This document shows positions 25,301-37,300 of a stretch of DNA of 64,000 bases, piece by piece (positions within the stretch are counted from its first letter, which is position 1; each line of letters starts with the position of its first letter). Location of the stretch: contig NMRA01000658.1 in assembly GCA_002633005.1 (NCBI GenBank), positions 80,378-144,377 of the forward strand, written 5' to 3'. The position numbers and the translations under genes were made by a program. Below the pieces are notes generated by a model that saw nothing but the letters and a program-made list of their open reading frames with translations, was not told the DNA's origin and did not search any database. The stretch is from Phoronis australis. Lineage: Eukaryota; Animalia; Phoronida.

Positions 25301-28300
25301 CGAAATGCCGGTCACAGACACCGAGATGTTTCACGGCCTCATACTCGGTATAAATGACGTACTTTTCATTCTTCACTGCCTTGAGCCACTTCCGAAGCAT
25401 TACGGGCTCTCAATGAAATCGAAAAAATGATGTAACCGCTTTTCTCGCAGCTTCATATTTCGCACAAGTGGGAACGATACACCACGACACTGTAACGGCA
25501 CTCACTCAGCAGAAGAACCACTGACGTCGCTGCGTCATTTCTCACCTTCCTCGCAGGTTACCACGACACCTCTCAGCGAGGTAAGTTCGACCGTATCTGA
25601 GGTGATGTGGAGACTGATTAAGACGGTAAAAAAGACTAATTAAATCAGGTGGCATTCTCCTTTAATATATGTAAAATAAAGAAAGTATTGGGAAATGCCG
25701 AGGTTCAGGTCTGACTTATTAAACTTGCTCATTGATGGATATTATGTAACAATACAAGAGCACTGCGGAGCGTTGAAATGCGCCCATGAATGCATCGCAA
25801 ATGATGGCTTTTAGGGTTATTTATATGTATCATAAAAATGGCCACTAGGTGGCGCAAAAATGTACAATCCATCCAAAAACGGGAACATGTCATATTTCAT
25901 AATATGTGGATGCATTATGCTGTCATCTCCGTCCGTCCGGGGGGCGTCCGCCTTGCGTCCGCTGCTCTAACTCCAAAACCGATTGACGTATGTTCATGAA
26001 ATTTTGCGCATGTGTTCCTTTCATGAATGGGACGGCATGAGCAAACTTTCAGACGGATTTGACTACCGGTCTGCCCCGTAGTGGCAATTTTAGTTTTTTA
26101 CGCTTACCTCTATATCTAATATCTTCAAAGGTCTTCGGCGTATTTTCATAAAATTTGGCATGTAGGCATCTATTAGTGAGATGACGCTATCCACCCGTTT
26201 ACGGACAGATACGACAGAATTTGCGCCACCTAGTAGCCATTTTTACTGTTTGTTTTTAGTCGTCCACCCCTCTATCAATGAAACCGCTCTAAGGATAATT
26301 GTGGAAATTAGCATGTATGTTGTTACTATGAAGAGGACGGCTGACGATGATTTTCCGACGATTTTGACTGTGGCGCCTCCTAGTGGCAGTTATGTTTTTT
26401 TGGGCCTATGGCTGTATCTCCTAAACCATCTGCAGGATCTTTACTAAATTTAGTAAGTGAATTTATATGATGAATAAGGACGACGACTTTCGGAGGGATT
26501 TGAGTACTAGTGTGCCCTCTGGTGGCAATATTATTTTTTTATGTTAAACTCTGTATCTTCAAAGGTCCTCTGTTTGAAGATGGTTGACGGCGACTTTGAC
26601 TACTGTGGCTTTTCCAATGGTAGTTCTGTTTTGTTTTGCGCCCATAGCTGTATCTCCTAAACCCACTGCTGGGTCTTTATTAAATTTAGTATTTATATGA
26701 AGCTAATAACAGACAATGATGACTTTCAGCCGGATTCAACGAACACTGTGCACTCATGTGGCAGTTTTCATTTTATTCTGTTTTTTTTTGTTTCTCTGAA
26801 GTTCCATGACAGATTTCTATGGAATTTGGTGAACAGCTTTCCAGTAAAGAAGCCATGACATGTTACCATTTTCGGATGGATTGTACGTTTTTGCGTCATC
26901 TAGTGGCCATTTTTATGACCAATAAACAACCCTAAAAGCACACCGTTTGCGATGCATTCATGGGCGCATTTCAACGCTTCGCATTGCTCTTGTGTGAAAA
27001 TATGTTAAGAACCTTTAAAGATACAGAGAAAAACGTAAAGAAATAAAATTGACACTAGGGGGCACACCGGTAGTCGGATCTGTCCGAAAGTTCGCTGATG
27101 ACATCTCATCCATGAAAGCAGCACATGTGCAAAATTTCATGAACAATCGTCAAACAGTTTTGGAGATAGAGCAGCAGACGCCGGACGGACGCCGCCCGGA
27201 CGGAAGGAGATGACGGCAAAATGTGTCCACATATAAATATGTGGGCGCCTAAAAATTTCATCAATTTCAGACAAATTGCCACCTTATGCCTGCAATGTTT
27301 TCAAACATTGTCTGATGGTAGCTACAATACACAATCTGAATAATGGTAAGCAAAAGCAACAAAGATACTATAAACAGCATACTGTCGAAATTGAGTGATT
27401 GCACGTGGTTGTTGCGGCTTGACTTTTCCATCTGGTTCAAAGAATCAGAGCCAATTGGAGACATGTTTGGACTGGTGAAGGGCACTGACTGTCTCCCTGA
27501 AGATGGCGTTGCTTGAAGTGGATAACAAGACGGTGTATGCGGGTATGCGAAAGGACTGTTGCCAATATTACCACCTGGGGGCATAAAAACAGAAATCAGA
27601 CTTCTGAATTAAACTGTCAACTTTCATTTATTTAATTAAAATGTTTTACTTGACTGTGGGATATTTTAGGATATGAATTCCTCACTAATACAGTTCATTC
27701 AAAAACTTGTAATTATCAAGTAAGAACCACAACTGAAAACTACTAGATACAAAAAATTGTTCAAGGAATTATTAAAAACGAGAAAGTTTTAAACTAAGAA
27801 ACATAAAATTGTAAACGCTGATGACGGAAATAACTCTCTACAAACCGGAACCATTGTTTTACTAATGAACATACAGTTCCAAATGGTTTTCAATAAAACT
27901 GATACACAATAATTCTGTTATGGAACAATTAATCTTGTAAGGTTATGAAGGATCTGATTGACAAGTCTGTGTAAAACAATAGATCTTAACCCTGCACAAG
28001 TATATATATTAAGTCTGAAAGTAGAAAACATGGAAAATTTGGGTTTTTACATGATACCAAACTGCCATTAATAGGGTCAAATTGCCATTGATAGGGTCGA
28101 ATTGCCATACCTTTTTAGTTAAATTTAGATAAAAGAAAGGTACATTTAAAGCAAAATAACACATTAATAACAATGACCAAATTTTGTTTGATATAAATGT
28201 TCAAGAGGGAATCTCAAAAACGCTTTGAAGACTTTTTTAATGTCATCATTTTGTTTTCATTTCATGCCACTTTTGATTTCTTTCATCAAAATCAAAAAAG

Positions 28301-31300
28301 TTGTATTTTTGATATCCCATAATTCAAAAGTGAAACCTTTTAAAATACAATTCCTCGCACCAATATGGAAAATTGCAGTGCACAATGTAAAGCATCTGAA
28401 AGTTTCTTGTGAATCCAAGCAGCGATTTCTGAGATTTCTGTTTATAGCCAAATTTGGACACTTTTCACAAGTCCAACATAACATTAAAACTCCTTTTTTC
28501 ATGCTAGTGTTTTCAATAATGTATTAGGATAAATGGAACATAAAAATGAAGATGACGATGAGAAAAATGATCACGACAAGCAAGATAAACCAACTTTCAT
28601 TCTTTGTTCAAATCTGTTGATATTGATTTATCGAGAGTTATGTAAGGCTCGTGTCCAAATGCAAATTACAAGGAGAGATCACTAAAACTCTCCTTTATAA
28701 AATAAAAATGCATTTTCATGACACAGCTTTGTTAACATGTATATAGCTGTGTAGTTATAAACCAGTATGTTGATATCAAACAAATAAGAATTATTAGTCT
28801 TCACACATGCCACATGTTGGTTACCTATAGATCTATAGGTCATGTGATGTGACCAGCTTATGGAGTGTATGAAAACTTCTGATTCTTACTTAAACATTGT
28901 TAACAGTTACCTGGAGCTGGCGTTTTGATTCGCCTGGACATGATGGGAGATAATTCTGGAGAGGACATGTTATCCCTTCCCGGCGAGCTGCGACAAGAGG
29001 CACTAGCAATTATAGGGCTTGAGGAGAACTGAGCCTGGAACAGCATGGTGACAACTGACAGAATGAGCACTTACATATTTGGACTGATGTACATGATGTG
29101 AACTTGACCCAATATGTGGATTCACGCCTTAATCAGATCAAGTTTCATGCCATGAGAATAACCTTGCAACACCATGACTAGCCTAGGAGAGGTGCTTCAT
29201 CCCAGCAAAGCAGCCAGTCAAGCCTATTCTGAAAGACATGCCCAAGTTAACTGAGCACGTAAGTCTTTGTTAGAAAGTACTGCATTGGGTTTGGGTAAGG
29301 TAATTGTAGAATAATAAGAATAAACTAGGTTTATTGGGAACACTGAAACTACGTCGATCTGCAATCGTAAGATGGTCGTCCGTGTGTGTCCGTAATAACA
29401 AAGTCACTTATACTACATCTCCCCCTCAAGTCTCTTAAAGTCATCGTTCACTATCAATATCATCAGTCCTCAAATCCATAACGGATGGGTGGTTTTCGAA
29501 CACGGTGGCTTGGACTACGCAGCGAATTAGTCGGTGAAGTTGGGAGTATCGCCGGTACTGAATCATCGGGTGGTGGTGGCGGCATCATCATGACATCTCG
29601 CCTATTTCGCGTTATGCTACCTTTATCAGTCTCGAGAGTCACGGAGCGGTCCTTATCCTGCACCACAACTGCCGGACGTTTCATATCGCGAATCATTACC
29701 GACTGACCTTCATGGTATGTAGGAATCTCCCGTGCACGGTGCCGGGAATCAAATGCTTTTGCCATTTGAATTTTGTAGTCATGTTCCTTTATCCGCAGGG
29801 AGTCACGATCGAGTTCGACTGGTCTAGCATCAGGAACTGACGGCAAAGTCGTTCGAAGAGTTCGGTTCATAAGTAAACGAGCGGGTGACTCTCCATTCGC
29901 TATGGGAGTATTTCGATATGACAATAAGGCCAGGTAAGGGTCGTCACATTTACGCAAGAGACCCTTTACAGTCTCCACGAATCTTTCTGCTTCCCCGTTC
30001 GCCTGCGGGTACTTTGGGGAACTCGTCAGAAGGATGAAATCATAGTCCTTTGCAAAGTTAGCGAACTCTGCGGAAGCATAGCAGGGCCCATTGTCCGACC
30101 GAACCACGAACGGAATTCCATGCCTTGCGAAAATTGACTTCATGTGGTTAATCACACAGCTGGATGTCGCCGCTTCTAGTTTGGCTATCTCAGGGTACCG
30201 CGAATAATAGTCTACCACCAATAGATACTGTGAGCCTTTGTATTCAAACAAATCTGTCCCTAGCGTTTGCCATGGTCCATCGGGCCATTCCGTCGTCTGG
30301 AGTGGCTCGCGTTTTACCGACTGATGCTCACGGCAGCGACGACACGCCTTAACCATGTCCTCGATAGCCAATGACATGCCAGGCCACCATACACAGGCTT
30401 TGGCACGCTCGCGACATTTCGTGATACCGAGATGACCGACATGGATACGTTGTAAGACATCTAATCTTTCACAGGAAGGAATCACGATGCAATGACCCTT
30501 CATAAGCAGTCCATCGACCAAAGTCAACTCGTGCTGAACATCCCAGTACGGCTTCAAGATACTTTCTTGAGACGACAAATATTTTGGCCAAGACGTTTTG
30601 CAAAACGATGCGACCTTTTGACACACCTCATCCAATGCTTGTGCATGCTTAATTTCCTCTAGCCTCCTGCTTGTAGCAGGTAAGTTTTGTACCGCTACTT
30701 TCGCGAACAGTTCGGTGCTTAATTCGAGCACTTCATCCCGGTCCTCGGAGCTGGGGTTTCTCGACAGCATGTCCGCGATTAAGTTGTCTTTGCCGGGAAG
30801 ATGCAATACTTCAAAATCAAAACGCATTAGCCTTAAGCGTAGTCTTTGTAACCGGGGAGTCAGATTGTTGACATCTTTAGTTGAGAGGATGGGAATCAAG
30901 GGTTTATGATCAGTCTCGAGAATCACTTTCAACCCCACAATATAGTTCCGGTAACGATCACATGCCCATGTCAGAGCAAGGCATTCACGCTCAATACATG
31001 TATAATTCGACTCAGTCTGCGAAAGCGATCTCGATGCCGCTGCAACTAAGCGACGCGTACCGTCCGGCTGTACCTGCGAGAGAGTTGCTCCCAGGCCATG
31101 AAGGCTAGCGTCCGCAGTAACGATAGTTTTGAGTGAAACATCGAACTGGGCAAGTACGTGGGGTTTGCTCAATTCTTGTTTGACCGATGCAAATGCCTCC
31201 GTTTGGGCACAGTCCCAACGCCACACAGAATCTTTGCGCAGCAAAGCGCGCAACGGGGCAGCAAGTTCAGCAAACTTAGGGGAAAACTTTCCGTACTGAT

Positions 31301-34300
31301 TAATGGCCCCCAGGAAACTTTGAAGTTCCTTGACGTTCTTGGGTTCGGGTATTTTAACTATACTGTCAATAGCTTTAGGGTCTGGCCGAATACCCTCAGA
31401 GTCAATAATATTCCCCAGAAACTTGACTTCCGTTTGGCGGTAAACGCATTTCTCTGGATTCAGTGTAAGTCCAGAATGTTCGATTCGTTTTAGCACTGCA
31501 GACAAGCGTATATCGTGTTCTTCCATTGACGCGCCATAAACAAGAATGTCGTCCATATGAACCACTACGCCTGACAACCCCTCCAACACGGAGGACATTT
31601 CGCGGGAAAAAACCTCCGGTGCGCTAGCCAGACCGAAAGGCAAACGGCAATAGCAATATCTACCGAATGGCGAGAGAAAGGTTGTGAGTTTTTGCGACTC
31701 CGGTGCGAGTTCAATTTGCCAAAACCCGCTATTTGCATCCAGTTTCGAGAACACGCGGCCTTTACTAAGCTGGGCTAAACTGTCCTCGACATTCGCCATC
31801 GGAAATACCTCCCTTTTGACCGCTGCGTTTAGTTTCGTCATGTCAGAACAAATTCTAACCTTTCCGTCCTCTTTTGGGACCACAACCATAGGTGACACCC
31901 AGTCGGTGGGTTCCTCTATGGGCCGTATTACGCCTATCGATTCCATACGTCGAAGTTCAGCTTCGACGACCGGACGAAGCGGAATCGGTACCGGACGAGC
32001 CGTGAAAATAGCGTGGGGCTCGTGCTTATCGTCTAATTTAATGCTGTACTGACGTCCTTTTAACCGACCTAGAGAGCCGTCGGCAATATTCCGGGGACCG
32101 TCATCAACAGAATCGACTACCTTGATCAACCCCAGTCCTATTGATAGCCTCCGAGACAACAAACCGGTGGCCTGTCCGGTAACAACGTACACGGTTTCAC
32201 GCAAAGTTTTATCCTTGTATTGAACTGTGGCGTCAAAGCAACCCGGAACATCCAATTCGATATTTCCAGTCGCAAACAACCGTTTCTGAGACTGATTGAG
32301 TTTTGGCCACGGGCCACCCGCACACGGCAATACCGTTACGCCCGCACCAGTGTCTAGTTTAAATTCAAACGTTTTGTCAAAACCTCCCTGGGTGAATACG
32401 CGAAGGGGTTTTACAATGTCGTTTTCACCTGGCGTTATTTCACCTAAGAACTCTCGAGGCATTTCCTCGTGTTTCCCATTACCCAGTCCGGTAGAGACTT
32501 CTTTCACCCCTTCTTGTTGGAGGTGAGTTTTACATGCAACAGCCCAGTGGCCCCGCCGCTTACATTTCCGACATTCCGACGATCGCGCAGGACATCTCTC
32601 ACCAGTCCCGTGTGCCGTTTTACCGCACCGAGAGCACTTTGAGATTTCGTTTACCGCACCTACCGATGTCGAATCCCCCACTGTGGCTGTAATTTCGCGA
32701 AACTGCATACCCGAGGCTTCTGCCGCGTGACACGAGTCTAACGCCGCTTCGAGAGAAAGACCGTCCGCCTGCCCGCCCTGGCGCAGCAGTTTAGCGCGCA
32801 ACCCATCATCACGGACACCGAGAACGAGCTGATCTTTTATCAAAGATTTTTCAAGTTCCCCGAACTCACACGTTTGCGCCAGTGTGCGCAAGTGTGTCAC
32901 AAAATTTTTGATGGTTTCTCCCTCCATTTGTTTTCTGCTGTGGAATTTGTAACGTTCATATGTAACATTTTTTCTTGGTGAACAAAATTCTTCAAACTTG
33001 GTCAGGACAATATCCAAGTTTTTGGAGGCCTCTTCATTTTCAAAACTGATAGTGTTATACAACGCCAATGCGTCGTCTCCAACGCAATGTAAGAATAGCG
33101 CCACCTTCCGTTCGTCGGAGAAATCAGTGGCCCCACTCGCCACGAGATACACTTCAAACTTTTGCCGAAATCTCCTCCAGTTTTCAGAGACATTGCCTGA
33201 ATTGAGGTCTAGATCTTCGCTAGGAGGCTTCATGAGTTCCATCGTAGTTATAAAGCTGCCACCATGTAGAATAATAAGAATAAACTAGGTTTATTGGGAA
33301 CACTGAAACTACGTCGATCTGCAATCGTAAGATGGTCGTCCGTGTGTGTCCGTAATAACAAAGTCACTTATACTACAGTAATGTGCTTTGTGCAGGCGAT
33401 GGGGGTGAGTGGAGTGTGATTTGTAGAAGCAACTTATAAGTCATCTTTTGACAGATCTGATGAATGCACGGCTGAAAAATTAGCACATCTGTCAATAGTC
33501 AGATTATCAACAGCAGCATTGGCTAAGAGAGGACATCAGAAATCTCCAGTCAGTGCATGATTGAGCATGATAAAAATATTGCGGCACTTGCCCTATTTTG
33601 TCATTTTGCATTACTAAGCATTATTGGGTTTGTCATTCACCAATGCCACTGATTAGCCAACATGAATTGTACATCAGTCTCAACATATCAAATAGATATA
33701 CAACGCACCAAAGAAAATATGCTTGACAATGGGCAAACAAATTTTATCCATAGGTCAGACATAACATACCGTTTTAGCAACACCTCGTCTGTGCTGTGGC
33801 GTGGCATGCATCTGTTTCAATACATGGGACTGTGGAGATAACTCATGAGGTACACAGCTTGCTTTCATCCTGGAAAAAACACTATGTCTCAAAAGTGTCC
33901 ATGAACACTGTTTTCTCAACCAGAAGAAAGAGAGGTCTTCACAGTCATTCTTTTCTAAACACTTACTTTAACCATTTTGAGTGTTCACATTGTGCTACAT
34001 AGCGTAATGATATGCATAGCAAGTCTGTTGAGAATGTTGCATAAAATATGGCATTGGTACCTTCTAGAATGTTGCATAGACCTAAAATATGGCATTGGTT
34101 CCTTCTAGAATGTTGCATAAAATATGGCATTGGTTCCTTCTAGAATGTTGCATAAAATATGGCATTGGTTCTTTCTAGAATGTTGCATAAAACATGGCAT
34201 TGGTTCCTTCTAGAATGTTGCATGGACCTAAAATATGGCATTGGATCCTTCTAGAATGTTGCATAGACCTAAAATATGGCATTGGTTCCTTCTAGAATGT

Positions 34301-37300
34301 TGCATGGACCTAAAATATGGCATTGGTTCCTTCTAGAATGTTGCATAGACCTAAAATATAGCATTGGTTCCTTCTAGAATGCTGCATAGACCTAAAATAT
34401 GGCATTGGTTCCTTCTAGAATGTTGCATAGACCTAAGATATGGCATTGGTTCCTTCTAGGTAGTTGCATATTTCAAGTGTATCTCTGAGAATGTTGTATA
34501 GACCTAAAATATGGCATTGGTTCCTTCTAGGTAGTTGCACATTTCAAGTGTATCTCTGAGAATGTTGCATAGACCTAAAATATGGCATTGGTTCCTTCTA
34601 GAATGTTGCATAGACCTAAAACAAGGCATTGGTTCCTTCTAGAATGTTGCATGGACCTGAGATATGGCATTGGTTCCTTCTAGGTAGTTGCATATTTCAA
34701 GTGTATCTCTGAGAATGTTGCATAGACCTAAAATATGGCATTGGTGTCTTCTAGGTAGTTGTACATTTCAAGTATATCTCTGAGAATGTTGCACAGACCT
34801 AAAATATGGCATTGGTTCCTTCTAGAATGTTGCATGGACCTGAGATATGGCATTGGTTCCTTCTAGAATGTTGCATAGACCTAAAATATGGCATTGGTTC
34901 CTTCTAGAATGTTGCATGGACCTGAGATATGGCATTGGTTCCTTCTAGGTAGTTGCATATTTCAAGTGTATCTCTGAGAATGTTGCATAGACCTAAAATA
35001 TGGCATTGGTGCCTTCTAGGTAGTTGTACATTTCAAGTATATCTCTGAGAATGTTGCATAGACCTAAAATATGGCATTGGTTCCTTCTAGAATGTTGCAT
35101 GGACCTGAAATATGGCATTGGTTCCTTCTAGGTAGTTGCATATTTCAAGTGTATCTCTGAGAATGTTGCATAGACCTAAAATATGGCATTGGTTCCTTCT
35201 AGGTAGTTGCACATTTCAAGTGTATCTCCCATATATTTATTTTAAAAACACAGTGACAGTATAAATATGTAATATATAGGATGTCACTGCATTCTGTTTC
35301 ATTTACAATGAATGCAACTTCATTTCAGGTTTGAACAACAACCAGACGACAGTTCATTAACCCATTGATATGAAGCACATGTGAAGAGGATATTGTGTAT
35401 TGTATGCATGATTTATTGTTCACACGCGATTCTGTCAATGATTCCAGCATATAACACAGTGCTTCTTGTGTACGATTTAAGCACATGTTTATGATCATCT
35501 CACATCTATGGCTTCATAACATCTAATGTATGAAGTCTACTAAGCAGAATCAGATGTTCATAGGCACATATTTTGATATTACAGACTTCGTTAAAAATGA
35601 TTTGACATTGATTGTTGGATAACTTCTTTCTGCAATTCTCGTATTGTCTAAAAATACTTGTTGAGTGCTGATTGCATCTGTGCAGTGGCTCCCGCTAGTT
35701 ACATCGTTAAAAGAACAAATGATAAAATATTCACTATATTTACGTGTAATTGTATTACTCATAATAAATGACCTTATATCGCCTACCTCAGTCTCCTTTT
35801 CATCTCTGGTAACGAGCTTGTGACGCATGTATCATTTATCTATTATTCGGGACATGTGTTGATCATAAATGGTATATCATTCGTTAAATATATTTATGTG
35901 AGCATATGTATCTGTCTTACTCCTTTCCCCCCTCATTTCGGTCTATTCCATTATTCCTTTGTGTAGGACTACACGTCGTTTTCCCAGCCTTCGTATTGGT
36001 CTGTTGTTATCACGTCCCTTGAGTTTGGTCAGCTCTTGGCTCTCATAGGCTGATGATTGTCACGTGTCTTTAGGCGTTTTCTTTGTTATTGTAACCTTGC
36101 TTTCAGTTCACCTTCGTTCCAGCCACATTGTCGTAAGTTCCAAAACTTATTAATTTTTCCTACCCTCTACCACCCCGTTTTCATCATTCTCTCGTACTTC
36201 CACGTGGCTGGAGGTTTTTTATTGCACATCTTACCAGAGATTATGTTTTTTTATTTTATTTATCTGTATTCACTATATTTACTTGTAATTGTGTTAGTCA
36301 TAATAAATGACCTTATCGCCTACCTCGGTCTCCTTTTCATCTCTGGAATCCACCTTGCGATGCACGTATCATTTATCTATTATTCGGGACATATGTCGAT
36401 CAGAAAAACTTGTTTTAAAAATTATATTAGATTGCAGTACTTCAAATGTATGCTACATTCATCGAAGGCAAGAAATAGAATAAGACCTCAGTAAATAGAG
36501 AGACATCATAGTTATCTAACAATCAATATCAAATCGTTTTTAATAAACTTCACGCAGAGAGGCACTACTGCCGAAGTATACTAAATTTTGACATAAGTGT
36601 TTAATTTTTCAGCTTACTGAACAGGGCTGGCAGGAGCAGATACACAATCTGCGTGGCTGAAGAGCTTCCTCCTCAGGGAAGAGGTGCTCAGTGAGTCCGC
36701 GGTGCCCTCTTCAGTTACGTAGAAATCACTTAGAATCTTCTGAAGGTCAAAGCTCACAGGGAAGGAGAGTGCTGTTTGAGAAGCGACTGAAACAAAATGA
36801 AAACTTGCAGAATATGGTCACTGCCATATTTAATTTTCCTAGGGAAAGAAAACCTTATTTGCCAACAAATTTCGTTAAAGCAGATACAAACCAAAGTTCT
36901 ACCAAAAACAAACTGTTGGTGACATTTTTTTTGATGCTGTAGATAATTAGTCTTATTAAAAGCAAAGTTATGCAATTTTAGTGACTAGTGTATAATTAAT
37001 CAAACATATTGGTTGTTTACCAAAATTTGTAACCTCCTAGGAGTTCATGGGAAGTGATTCACCGCATGTCTGTTACCAGTTGTGGGATGTTTATAATAAC
37101 AATTGTGCCTTGTTTTGCAAGTTGTGTAACTTAAAGTCTTTGAAAACCTGTCAACTTTGGGATGAGGCATTTCCGACAACAACAATAATCTGTTATTTGT
37201 CTATCGGAATTACTCAACTCTTGATTGTCCTGCGCCATAATTGGTAATGACTTGGGTTCATTGCTGGAGTCCAGCAGATTGATTCACAGAATTGTTTTGG

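Larger units (their letters stand above)
19496..25661. mobile_element. Kolobok-type DNA transposon relic with nested insertions, in bora intron 8
   Basis: 15-bp TIRs AGGAGAATGTCACCT / AGGTGGCATTCTCCT; TTAA at 19492-19495 and 25662-25665; convergent THAP and KolX-like remnants near the right end. Confidence 0.75.

Noticed and set aside
27808-27865. Hammerhead-ribozyme-like CTGATGA-CGG...CCG-GAAC
   Set aside because: The core GAAA is not intact, stems I and III are unconvincing, and no Penelope ORF is nearby.
9628-32526. Antisense ORFs over gag-pol genes (e.g. 9628-9867, 31158-31493, 31684-32052)
   Set aside because: Shadow frames of real coding sequence with no motifs of their own.
33378-33472. 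Candidate bora exon disrupted by the Gypsy insertion (acceptor near 33472, HTPLTP peptide)
   Set aside because: That frame contains a TAA, and exons 6 and 7 already join in phase 0, so the insertion is treated as intronic.
34030-35228. CRISPR-like repeat/spacer appearance
   Set aside because: The intervening segments are themselves repeated, not unique spacers; there are no cas genes and the context is a eukaryotic intron.
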